Shown in pieces: positions 15,635 through 29,400 of a stretch of 64,000 nt of DNA. Numbering within the stretch: position 1 is the first letter of the stretch; each line of letters opens with the position of its first letter. The translations under genes and the position numbers were made by a program. The notes beneath the pieces are model-generated. The model had not been told where the DNA came from and made no database searches. It saw nothing but the letters and a program-made list of their open reading frames with translations. The DNA comes from Balanoglossus misakiensis. Taxonomy: Eukaryota; Animalia; Hemichordata. The stretch is from the NCBI GenBank assembly GCA_040954595.2, contig CM082581.2, forward strand, positions 8,907,878-8,971,877. The letters run 5' to 3'.

Positions 15635-17317
15635 TTACTTCCATCAAAAATCCGCCGACTCTCAAATGGCAAATACATCCTGCGGCTTCGAATCCTCCAC
15701 ACTTTTATCACTTTTTAATTATTAAAGAGCACGCATGACAGCGGCATGGGTCCTGAAATGTCAATGCACCCCCACCACTTCAGGTTATTATTGACAGTCT
15801 TTGTCATGATATGAGCTCCGATGCGGACTGTGGCTTTGTGTGAATCTTTAAAAGCTGTGACATTGCAGATAGTGGCAGTGCCAATGGTTGAACTGATAAT
15901 CCCTGAATACAGAAGACTCCTACATATTCCCTCAGACTGCTGGCCACTTTTCAGACATTTATAGAAACTCTTTCGCTATCATCATTTTTGTCAAACAATG
16001 CCCGGGAGCTTGCTGTATGCAGATCTTTGACTCCCCCTTAGCTTGATTTTTGTTTCCCCAATCCTGATTTTCTTTCACTTGAATTTGTTGACTCGATCCA
16101 AGACAATCACAGGTCATTTTCATGGCTGCCTTGTAGCCACTTGACTTACTGGTGCTAACCATCAGGTTTCTGAGATCCATGAAGCTTAATGCTGCTGTTT
16201 CATAACTACTCCTCTGAGCCATCTACCAGCTCCCTGACTTGTAGCTAATTACCAAGTTCTCTGGCTTTCTTGGTGATCACCAGATTCTGCAACTTCCCAA
16301 AGGCCCATGAAATCATCAACTCCCCGATATCCTTGAGCTACACATTACACTTACTGACTTCCTTGAAGCAATTTATTACCTGCCTGTCTGCATGGCCTCC
16401 TTGCTGCTAATTAGCAGCTGTCTCTTTTAAGCTTAATGACAGTCCCTTGATTTCTCTGCAGCTTATTGGTACTTCTCTAACTTTTCAGGACAAGTGGGGC
16501 ACATCATCAGTTCTGCCATGCATATGTTTCCTGCTTGACCTCTAGGGGAAAAAATAGTAACCAACAGAATTCATTAGAGATAATTTAATAGAAGCTTTCT
16601 GAGCTCATTATCAGATTTTGAACCTGCTTCAAAATAATAAATGGTTCTTTTTATTCTTTTGACCTGATTAGCAGCCTTATACATGTACCTTCCAAGAGAG
16701 AAGTAGATCTTAATTAGGTCTCAACTTCCTTGGGAATTATTATCAACTTTCTGACATTGAAGAGTTAATTGACAATTGACAAAATAATATGAAAAATAAA
16801 TAAATCAAAAATAACAATAACTCAGAAATAACAATGTAAAATAAGGAAGAAATGGAACGGAAATGACAATCCATCACAAATATTCACTGTTATGCAAATG
16901 GTGCTGATATCGCATATTCCTTGTGTCAGGTTTGAATGAAATCAGCATAAACACAGAGAAGCAGTGTTCTGCAACAGAGGGATATGTTTGTAGTGAGGAC
17001 TCATTCTCCATAGTTCCCACAAGCGATGAGAAGTGAGCTGTTCATACACAGTGGAGTCATTAAGCAGACACATCTTTCATTAACCGCAGTTGTTAATTAC
17101 ATGTACACACAAACCTGCGGAGGATAAATTCTATGGTGCAAGCGTATCTATGGTACTTCTGCATCAGTTTGCGAGATAAGTATCCTTCAGGCGGCCTGCT
17201 TGCTTTTCTTTGTGGGCCTAAAAGGCATAATTCACAGATTGCCTTCGCTGGGCCTTGGTATAACTGTTTCATTCCAGCATTTCTGGTCATGGATTGATCA
17301 GATTCAGTCTTTACAGC

Positions 17318-17412
17318 TCAATGACTGTGTTTACCGTACTGTATGATGACAGGTCTGCCTTTCAATTTATAACCATTCAGCATCTCCAGTGCTTTGCCAG
17401 CTGTCTCAGCAC
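17318..17412 (-). CDS. RBM41: RBM41 last coding exon (CAETAGKALEMLNGYKLKGRPVIIQYGKHSH*)
   Basis: Acceptor ggtcccttag, completes the RRM, TGA at 17318-17320. Confidence 0.93.
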
Positions 17413-20400
17413 CTAAGGGACCATCAAGAAAAACAATTATTAGGTCTCTCAAAGCTGAAGGGTTGTGTTTAACATCAGACCAGGATTGTACATTAAGGGC
17501 ATTTTTATACCCACTCATGTTTGCCAATGTAAGTGTGTGTCATAGATTTCTATTGCGTGATTAAAATGTGACATTGTTTTCCAACATGAACTGAGTGTTG
17601 GTTGATGAGGCCAGAAGTTATGAACTTCTTTTTATTTTTTATTTCTAATTTTTTATTCCATTACAAACAAGATATTCAGTAGACTTTTTTTCATAACGCA
17701 ACATAATGGATTGGATAATGCATTTCTGAATTTGTAGAAAAATAAACCACCCTGTACTGTGTTAGATGAAATGTCTTCTTGCAGTCAATGATTACACAGT
17801 TACATCAGAGATGGCTCCGGGATTACATTGTGAGATATTAATGTGAATGTTTAAAAACTAAACACCCATTAATCTGGAATTTTACAATACACGTTAAAGT
17901 AAAAAGCATTTCAATTTTCCAAAGTTTCAGGTGTTACATGGCAAACATTTTATAGTCCCCCTTTTCGCATCAAGATATCAGTTTCAAAGACCCTTCTTAA
18001 CTTAAAACCAGCTTGGGCGGCATGCTTGCCAATAAATGAACTCTGATGCAAGTTTGGAATTTGCAAGTGCATCCAATAAATTTGATTACTTGTAGGGATC
18101 ATGAGAATTCGTGTAATACCATGCATGGATTTCATGGGATTAATAACTGAAGTGCTGGAATGGAAAAAATGTCCAGCTGAACTGCTGTAGGCGAGGTTTT
18201 GAAAAGAGAGCTCTAAGAATAGCAATTACACGATTGTTGGTAATAGTTGCACAAAACTGAGCATTCAGCCATGCTCTTTTTTCCTACAAGATTTTTGTAC
18301 TGTCTCCTGTAAATTTGCATCAACCATCAGGGGGTAAAATACATTCATTCTAATCCATGTTTAAGCTCACACCTACGCCCACTTCCAAACGAATGACTTT
18401 TGCACTTTGAACTTCTGTGACAATCTGAGAAGGTCCATTGGTAGTTAACCACCACAATCCTGCTGAGTGGTATGACACATGTACACATGTGGAATACTAC
18501 AGGTGAACCTAAATCAAGTGTTTTAGCAATAAATGTCATGAATACTGATGTGGTAATCACACGAATATGCTCTATTGAAATCACCAGAAACTAAGACTGT
18601 ACAATATTTTGATTTGAGTATAATGAGTATGAGTATAATGGGACAATGGTGAACAGTAGCAGACATCTAAAATGCAGGGTATAGGCATAACCCTTCCAGC
18701 ATGACATACTGGTACATCAATCCTGAGAGATCCAAAGAATCACACTTTTACTGTGGTCCAGACAAATGCATCACAAACACTCACTTTTGTTGCATAAGAA
18801 GCATTATGATGTCATTATGCGAATCACAAATCTGATTATATTTCCCCAATATTTCTGGTTCACTAGTTTTTAATGTAAGTAAATTAAGTATATTGCCTGG
18901 AATGAACCCCCTGGGAAATACATCCAAGCGCCATTAGATTGCTAAAATTACCAAATACACGACACCAAAGATTAAACGTGCAAATCGTGACATAAAAGGA
19001 AGATTGCTAATAATATAAGATCACGGGGAAATAAGTTTCTGATCACGTAGTGACCTAAGAGTTGTATTACGACCTCTAGGTACACATTAATTGAGGATTT
19101 AAAAAAAACCCCACCAAACCAGATTTGTAAACCCAAGAGTATAATTAAACATGGTAACCTTCACAGAAGACCGGAAAAGTTTTCTGGAAATAGACCTAAA
19201 AAATTGCATGCTTAGATGAAATTTTGTAGTCAATATTACTTTGGGAATACCTGGTGTTGTGAGATACAAGATACAACACCCACACAAAAGAAATGTTAAA
19301 AATGATCTCCAAGTTTCCTCGAGACTGGTTTAGAAAATATTGAAAAGCAGAGGTTTATGTTGATAAAATTATGTACTGACGATATACTTACAATCGAATG
19401 TGACAAATGCTTGGCCTTTCATGCGACCTGTTAAAAGCCGAAATAAGATTTTGGGTCCCTGGGGTTGCTGGTATCGGATGAACATTGCTATCAGATCAAA
19501 CTCTGTAACTCCAGGGGGCAGATTCTTCAAATACAGCACCTATAGATGGGTCAGATGAAAAGGTGAGAGTTGTTGCACTATGACCTGGGGTCTGCAGAAC
19601 TTCAATGAGTCAAATTTCACAGGACTTTAAAACCAATCTCGTCTGGTTATGTCATACATTGTATTGCCTTCTTTTCCATTATCATTACATGATAGATCAA
19701 AGAACTTCAGTTTATATTGCTGTGATTCATCTTTGCCGATTGCATAAACTGTGTTCAGGTCATGCATCACTGATTTCTGGTCATATTTTATAACACTGTC
19801 TGTCAAGATGTTTAACCACATGTCGGCCAAGCCGGCATTTCAAGCAGTCTGTTTGGGAACAAAGTACACTAGATCTTGAACCTATACTGGTAATCTTTGA
19901 TCTTGTTTAATCTGGTCAATCCTAACACAGTAGAGACAATGCAAGTAATCAGAAGAGATAAAGGGCCGCACAGAGACCGTCTAAATTTCTATTAAAAATA
20001 TGTGTCCCTCAGAGATGATCTCATTTGAAATCATTACAGTCTCCTCAAAAATTAAAAAAGTATAAATGCAATTAATGTTGGGTGATCAAAGAGTAGATAT
20101 CCAATAGATATTAGAAAGTGGTACCATTTCAGACATGATAATATCTGCATCTCAGACTACGACACAAAATGTCAGTCCAGATGGAAGATTCTAAATTATC
20201 ATTCTGTATTATGGAAATCCTTTGTGCAGGCAACACACACACATTTATAGTCTTCAAGCTAATTCCGTAGCCGTAAAGATTACTGTTAGGGCGGGAAACC
20301 AAGTAAACAGCTTTAAACTTCCTTTGGGGGAAAATACATCTTTACTAGGCAGGTATTAACACAGCTACCATGCTGTCAGCTGAGAAAGGAAATGTCAACA

Positions 20401-23400
20401 GTAACCCTTGCAGGAACTCAGAGAGCATGTCTGAGTCACCGTGTGGATATTGTTGCTGTCATTTGTGTACCGGTGTCAAGCCAATTCACACAGTAATGAC
20501 AGTCATACCACCTGCTTTCCCGTTTATTCATCATATTAAATGACATTTTCTTTCATCCTATACATACTTCGTTTCCAATTTTTCACCATATCATTTTGAC
20601 TTCCTCTGTACGTACTCTCCGAATGTCAGACACATGTATTTTTTAGTATACAGGTGATTAAAACTGGAAAGTCATCTTATGTTGGCAGAGAAGAACCATA
20701 AAAATTCACACTTGAAAATTCACGTGGCCCTGGAAGCAGCTAAAACATGCCTTATGTACATGTATCCATTAAATCTATTTTTTTTTCTGGTATATGTTCT
20801 ACAAATATATTTCCTGAAGCTACATTGGCAAACATGTTTATTCTGCATAAAACCTGTAAGGAAAAGCATGTCTCCATTGAAAGGTAGGTGTAAAGAACCT
20901 TTTCCATATTGGTTTCCCTTATGTGTGAACACACAGAGTGCCTGTAGCATTAACTGATGGTTGCCCTATATGTACATGTAAGTGAGCATGCATTTGTAAG
21001 ACCGCGCATTGCCAGCAAGCAAGCAAGTTCATTTGTACAATTCCCATAGGATGCACTTGGGATCACTTATCTCCGCGAGGGATAACATTAAGCTAGTTAT
21101 TTAGATGCTCGCTATGGTGCGATACGATCCAAGGTCTATCCAATCACCCTGAGAGTCACTACCCTGCTTTCAGAGTTCTATTGCGATTTAAACATTTTTA
21201 CCCGATTAGCGTTCATCTGGCAAACAGAAAAAACTCTGTATCTGTAAGTCTCGAGCCAGAATTTCATTTTATAAGGACTGGAATAAAAGACAAGGCATTA
21301 ATACCTTGATACACAAGTACACAAGTAGGGCATACAGCTTAGAAAAGCAGAGGTAATTAATAAAAGTATATGAGAAAAATAGTTCATTAGCAGGTGTGTC
21401 AGTAAAAACTAATAGTAAGAATGTATTCACCATCCTGGTACACTATTAATCTTTACGAGAAGAAACATCAGAGATACTAGGTGTTACATAAACGCTCCAA
21501 AAGATGGTTTCTTCCAACCTTTAATAATAATTGTTATTCATGAGACTATTATCATTTTATACACAGTTTGCAATTAATGCTTTTAACTGTAAGGCCTATT
21601 TCAATACTGTTGTAAAGTGCAGCCATGTGATTTAAGAGTATCCGCGAAGGAAGGAACAAAGCATTGATTTGTTATTGTGAACTTTTGATTTCCTGGAAAA
21701 TGTCAAGGAAAATAAACGAATCTTCCCCTTCAGTTACTTTTAGCATTAAAAACAACTAGGGCTGCAATCACTTTGAAGCTTAAAAGTTCAATTCCTCCTG
21801 GAACAGGATTAGCTGATGGACACTAAGAAGACTGTGTGTTGCCTTAACTGCACTTTGTCCTCTCCTTCATATAGGAATCTCTTAACAAAACTATTAAACT
21901 TTCTACAAATATGCACTTTCTGTCTTTTGGCACATGGAAACAGAATCAGGGAAGCTACTTTCAGCTGCTTTTTTTGATGAAAGCTTTAATGCACATGTCA
22001 CCCGAGGCTCAAAAACTGGATCCTTCATTTCAGCACTCTTATTAAAAGTGAAAAAACTGCTGATGAAGATTATAACCACAACAGCGATATGTGTTCTTAG
22101 AATAAGTACGTTTGCCATCAGGTACAAGGAATATACACTCAGTTTAAATAAATCTATTCATTAATAACAGGCATCACTGATGAGACAATTGTCTGTTTAG
22201 CTATAGTTACATAATTTAGAATACATACATACATTGTACATACATACATACATACATACATACATACACACATACATACATACATACATACATACATACA
22301 TACATACATACATACATACATACATACATACATACATACATACATACATACATACATACATACATACATACATACATACATACATACATACATACATACA
22401 TACATACATACATACATACATACATACATACATACATACATACAATACATACATACATACATACATACATATAAAATATCTAAACATGGTTATTGAACCA
22501 TGTGTTTCAGAGATGGTGATATGTTATGATTGTGCATGTGTGTTGTACATGTTTTAATTTTTCTTGACCCCTTTAAGTCAACACAATGGGAGACAATCTC
22601 CACTGTAAAATATGTCTAGCCTTGCCATAAAAATTGACTTGCTTTTAGAGAGGTGATTTGAAACAGCAAAGAGCAAATAGAGATGATATCATGTGTCAAG
22701 CAATCATTATTAAGGCTGCCGAAAGCTGTCACCATGAAGGGATTTTAACCTCATGATCTTGGATTTTAAAATTATTTTTATAACTGACATTTCTATTAGT
22801 CTTCTAAAGATTGCTTGAGCAGCTTTTAAATCAAAGGCCGATGACAGAATATAAGATTGGATTAATTCTTTTCAGATTCACTTCAAAACAGTGACTAAGT
22901 TGGAGTGAACACACTCACTCACTACTAATGGGTACTACCCAACTCTAATGATCAATCATTAGAAGAAAATAACATTCACATGGAAGTGCAAAGTTCAGTA
23001 CTGTGTCTGGGATAACGAAGACTTAACTGGGCAATCCTGACAACTTGAAAGTGAATGTGGTTAAACTGCAACATCGATTATTCTCGATGATGCATTGCAG
23101 ATGACAGGTCTGTATAATAATTGCTGGCCATCTGCGGCAACTTCCTGGAATTGTGACTGTTAAGGATATCAGACTTTCGATTCACAGTCTCATCTGCTCA
23201 TTTTGCAACTAAAAAATCAGTCTTTTCATAGATGATCCATGGTTCAGCACATCACAAAACGTTTAATTTGCATAATTTGTGAGTTACATGTTATTTTTAA
23301 AGAAACCACTGAACTTGAATAGACACTAGCTTCAACTTTTTGTATAAATCAGTTTTTTTTCTATAGGTCAAGTACAGTTGTTTCTTGTTGCACTCTCAGA

Positions 23401-26400
23401 AGCATGTTGTGTCCCATGCCTTTCAGCTTGTCAACAATGCATGTATACATGTAAAGTTCATTGTTATTAATGACTAATGAATGTTAGTCTCAACAAACAA
23501 TGTGCTAGTCAACAATAAAGATACTTGCCTATACATATACATGTAAGCTACACTATTGATAAATGGGAGTGAAACACAGATTAACACAAGCACTGAATTA
23601 CTTGGCCAAATCAAAAACCCATGCTGGGATTAAAAGAATGGTTATTTAGCTACTGCCTGCTGCTGCCCACATTGATTGAAACTAGTCTGACCTTTTTCGG
23701 AGGTCTACTATCCAAACATGATGAAAATGCTAGGAGTTAATTCGATGAAATCACTGCAGCTGCAGTTGATGTTATCACCATGGAAATTACATTATAAACA
23801 CAATGCATTCAATTTTCTATACTGTCATAATTTGTTGTTCTACCGTTTTAATTTCTGTAATTGCAACTACTACATGACCTTAGAGTGACATTTGTTCTTA
23901 CAAAAACGATATAAATTTTGATTATTTACATGGGAGTGCATTTACATATCAATATTGACAGTTTCACTGAAGTATTAAATTATGCCAATTACTGGTGATT
24001 TTCCCTGTTTTCCCATCTTTTCCTGATTTCTGTTTAAATCTCCACATTTCTGAGCATAAACTGACTGACTGCTTTTTGCTGTTAAGGAGTTGACATATAG
24101 TAATAATGTATATTTTATTTTCTGGCTTATTTATGTTAAATAATTCATCATATGCATGCGTGCATATCATGCTAACATGAGTTGCATGAGTGGAGAAAAT
24201 CAAAGTCACAAATGGACATGTTGAATGCTTATTTTCATCCCTGCTGTAGATATTTCTGCCGTATGCAAAAGAAACAGCACTTATGTCTCAAACTGCCATT
24301 GCTCAACATACACTCACCTTATTAGGCTGACCTGGTGTATAATCCTTAAATCTGGGTATATTCCGTATTTCTGCAATGCTCAGTCTGTTTTTGACAATCT
24401 GATTTTCTGTAATACTCTGTATACTGCCTTGTAGCTGTGCGGGTACCTTAGAGGAGCTGTCAACATGCTGACCATGCCGCGATGTGATGGGTGAAGTAAC
24501 GTCTCCTGCAGATGGCACATTCTCAGTCACCTCCGATTCTGCAGAATAGTGCTCGTGTAAATGTTGATGCGGGCTTGAGTTTGAAGGATTAATTGTTGTG
24601 CTGCTGACTGAACGATGCAACTGAACACTGTTGCCAGTTCCAAAGGTTCCTTCCTTTGTTCTTGGTCCTATCTCAGGTGTCTCATCATCCTGTCCAGAAG
24701 GGGTACTGCTTGGACAGGGAATTTCACCATCTTCTTCAGAGCTCTTCTGACATTTAGTTTTCCTGGGATGTTTTCTTGATTTTGAAAACAAAGTCTCTGT
24801 GATACTTTGCAGATGATTGATAGGGTGATCTGGTGCAATATTCATTGGTTTTCCTCCTGGTGAAGAAAAAGAATTGTTGAGCAAAATGTACCAATCAATC
24901 GTTCAACGGAAATAAGAATTTAATTTTCAATCACTAGTGAAAATCAAACGATAAGTGGGAGAATAATCATTGAACACGTGTAAATTAAAATTTCAACAAT
25001 CATGGTTAGTTTCTCTTTGATTGAAGAAAAAGTCTGCTAAATTCTACTGCATGGTTTGTATAGAATCTGCACTTTTAAGCAACATATGTGTTATTACGGT
25101 ATATTTTCTGGAGATTACTAACAGCTGTGACTGACCATGCCACAGTGACATGTACTCTTAATCCGATATCAATTCACATATGTAAGGTTTTTGTGTTTTT
25201 CTAGTTGTTCCTTTAAACGTATTTTATTTGTGACTATATACAATTAAGTTAAATTTCTACACAACACAAACGTGAGTAACATGCTGTAGCTATCTTATCA
25301 TCAATGCAGTCATTTTGTGATATGATCATTATTCACCAATATACCAAGCACTATGATTGTGTCTTAGAAATATACATTCATCTTCAAAATTAAAAAAAAG
25401 ATCAGTAGCGATAGATTGATTTCCTTGTCAGGGTACCATATGGCCGCAAGAATGAAGGCCTTTGATTTAACTAAGTGGGAAGTCATTCCTTTGTTACACA
25501 TAGGCATGTCCTAAATTAACCAGGAAGGCTTGGATATTTTAGTTGTAGCTGCCCGATTGGCAGGAAAAAAAATCAACACAGACGATGACAAATAATGGCA
25601 CATCATTATTTTAGCCAGGGACACAATACCTATACCTTACAGCACACGGCGTCCCACTGATCTTGGTGATTTATTTCAAATGTGTACTTTAAGAAATTTA
25701 TTGCAGCTATCAATTTTGTAAACACTGGCACGTTTCTACAGCACTGTATTGAAACTGATACAAGTGGGAAATTAGCTTGATTGATGGTATATGTCAGCCA
25801 GCCACTTTCAACTGTAATCATTTTGGTTTTCTTTGTCAAATGCTACGATAATATTACACCAATAAGTCAGCTGGAAGGTGAATTCCGCTGCTCATAATCA
25901 TTTATGCAAATGTACACGTACAGCCGAGATCTTTCTGCTTCAGACAGATAATTAGTATGCAATGAGATGCTATTCTGGTGACTGATAAACGCTGAAATAT
26001 TGCTCATTCAAATGAATTTCAGCATCACTTGATAATGACTTTTGTATGTACCGGCGAATGTTCTTGATGCACATCAACATTTTATAGAGAATATATTACA
26101 GAGCAGCAGCACTTTTGTTATTGAAGATCGTGATGCACAGAGGTCACGCAGTTGCATATGTTGCATGAGATTTGATAACGATTGTCAGTGCAGTGATGTG
26201 GCAATGATGACACAATCCCAGAAAAGGTCATATACACGTATTGGCCAAACTATGCAACTTTTGTTATGCATCATAAGGTCATGTTGGGACAGTTTCTGAA
26301 ACATCTGCCTCAGGATCAGAAGATCACATTCATAATGTAAGATTACTTTTGAAAAACAAACACATTTTTATGAAATTAGAGGTTCCCAAATATTCTGACA

Positions 26401-29400
26401 ATACATTAGGTCTATGCAAGATTTAATTTGAAGAACCAGTCAGATTCTAGGTAATGATTACCACAGCAAAGACAATTTCCAATAGTTGAAAGTCTTCATT
26501 TTAACAGGCCAAAGACTTCAGAAGAAGTCATAAAATCGATTTTCTACATCAGTTGGCTAATTTCAATGGTTGTCTCTGTGAGAGCTGACTTCCTGATAAC
26601 TGGCATTGCAGTTATAATGTTCCTTTAAGAAAAGATTTTAAAGTAAATTAAAAGCAATGATTACTATCTATATTGAATTTAGTAAAATACACCAGTATAC
26701 AGAGTTGAAAAAGTCAAAGGCAAGCCATGAATACTACCTGATAATATTGTCAAAGCTAAGATTGCTAAAGTCATGTGATATGATAGTCAATTACTTAATG
26801 CCACTGTGATTTAATTTCCAAAGGTTTTTATTCCCCAGTAACAAACAATTTTGGGCATCACAGCCAATTTCCCTGTTATACGTTGTGTCCATAAACATTA
26901 GCCACGTCGGCATTCATCAAAGTTGATCTCCTACCATGTAACTAAGTGAACTGCCAATTCTAATTTTTCTACATTTGAATTACAGTGAACTTGGAAACAT
27001 AGAACTTTGAGAGGTCGTATTCTGATGCCTAGATTATCTGAATCAATGTCAGGTTCCACTTAATACTTTGCTCGGTAAAGGGACTAAGGAAATGGTTTTC
27101 CAGCGCTGCCAGCAGGCACTCAAAGCTTCAACCGGAGGTCTGATATGAAAGTTGCAATTATCTCCGGAAGCTTAGTGCACAGACTTTTTGTCCTCGGCAG
27201 CTGGTATGAATGAAGCTGTGAATAATAACAACCTCATGCCTTCAAGTTTCCTTACATCACGCTTTGATGTAATCACAACATACTAGCAAGTTCAGACCAC
27301 TGAACCCAAGGAAAGTACCATAATTGTTTGAATTTTAATGTAGAAGTGCTGGTATTTATTCTATTTTATCTATCATCCAACCAACTTAGAGCCCATTTAC
27401 AGGATATGTATTGCAAAAAGAGTTTAATCGAATTCTATGTGCAAGTCCAGGACAGCTTATGGACAATGTTTTTCATATATATCAGATCAAGATGTAACAG
27501 AACATTGTCAATTGTATTTATTTCTATTAAGACAACTCTCCGATCATTACTTCTTAAGAACACGCTTTTGCAATGCTCAAGAATGTTTATGATGGGAAAA
27601 GTCACAAGTGTAATACTCTGACAAGCATTTCACGAATGCATGCCTCACATTTTTCTTCATGTCAGAGCTACATGTATTCGTCTGGTTGCGTGTACATGTT
27701 GTAATACAGACTGATGATCTTGTGTGTCCAAATTATACCACACTGTGTTTAACGTCATGGGTGTCTCTGAAAAACAGTTACTATAAAATGCAGATGCCGG
27801 TGGACCGTAAGGTCAGAGTTTTGCTTGTGAGTGTAACTTCCTTTTTGACCCATAATGCTTTTCTCAGTGTCATCCTAACCTTTACAAAATATAGATGTGT
27901 ATCTACATTTTGTCTGAATCCTATCTATACATACACAGGAAAAATTATCAATTACCTTTTTCCATATTACACAGTTTGTTGCACTGAATTTAGTTGTATG
28001 AATAGTACACAACAAATGATAAAGCAAAAACTGGTAGGATCTCCAAGTCTGGGCAGGAAGTTCTATTTGCAATAGAAAGAATCTGATGTGAAGCTAAGGA
28101 TCTTTTCATTGAGCAAGTTCCAGCCATTTAGGTTGCACAGACTGTTGCTACAGCAACTGTCCTGTCCAGCAAATACTGCAGATGTTCCAATTCAAAGCGG
28201 ACAATATAAGTATGAAATAAAGGCTGTGGTTTCTTTCTGATATCTCTCTAACGAGTGTCTGGGCCTATACAGCTTCATCTTCATTATAACTGATGAAATT
28301 AATGCATGTACAATATATGGTACATCACCGAATCACCCCCCTCATTGGGAAGCAACATCTAATCATAAGGACTGATATTGGTTTGTGACCTTGTTGTTTG
28401 CCTGTATACCCTTGTCGGTATTTCTGACTCTAAAGTGTATCAAGAGCATTATTAGTGAAAATGATTGTATACAATGAAGAGGTAGTCACCGGGTAATCCA
28501 TCTGCCATCTGGCTATATACATAGATTTGTTATCGCATGATGTGTTTTCCATCAGAATCTCACATGAATCATATGGCTTGTTACAGATGTAACATGAAAA
28601 TTCAACAGTTCTTCTATCCATGTTTTGAATCAATTTTAAAAGGAAATCCTCACCCTTTGTAGTAAAACCTGCTGGTTATACACACATTTCATGTCAGACC
28701 TTGTTAAGTTAAGCTTCCACATGTTAACATGCAGCAATGTGAAAGTATAGTTTGTCTACTAGGTTACAGTAATGTTCTTTTATCTTCATAACCCATTTCT
28801 GTTTAGTCTAACATAATTCTATTTAGTTTACAATTTACAGGGTATGACTGTCCCCTCAAACATGTCCACATTTACCGTTAACTGTCTCATGAAAAGTTCA
28901 GTTTGTCTCAACTCAGTAACACTCACAATCAGCCATTATCACCTATAATACAGGTGCACAACAAAGTATGGTGTTAGCAAAATGCAAATTGATTAAATTA
29001 GAACAAAAATGTATCTACATGGTACTAACTATTAAAGTATCCATGTAGCCACGGTTAAAAAAGAGTTAGCTGAGTGTGCAAGTAATTTTGTCCATTCCTA
29101 GTGGGAGGAATTAACCACAGCTGTTATTAGCTGTAAATCTTCTAGAAAAGCAAACCGTGTCCTAGAGGAGAAGAAATCTTAACATTCCAGCTGAGGTGAG
29201 ACTTGTCTAAGTCACTCTGGGACACTTCTTGGAGACTCGTATGCCATCAGATACAGATTAATCTAGGAAAGTAACTGTAAGAGCAACTTACTATATATAT
29301 GTACACACCCGATTAGATGTTATCATGTCTTCCCTGGGCACTTTGATAGATTGTTATATATTTTCCTTGAAACTTGTCACTTATGTTAGTTACAATTAAT

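Noticed and set aside
22154-22557. ORFs of MYVC/YIHT repeats
   Set aside because: Translations of the (TACA)n microsatellite.
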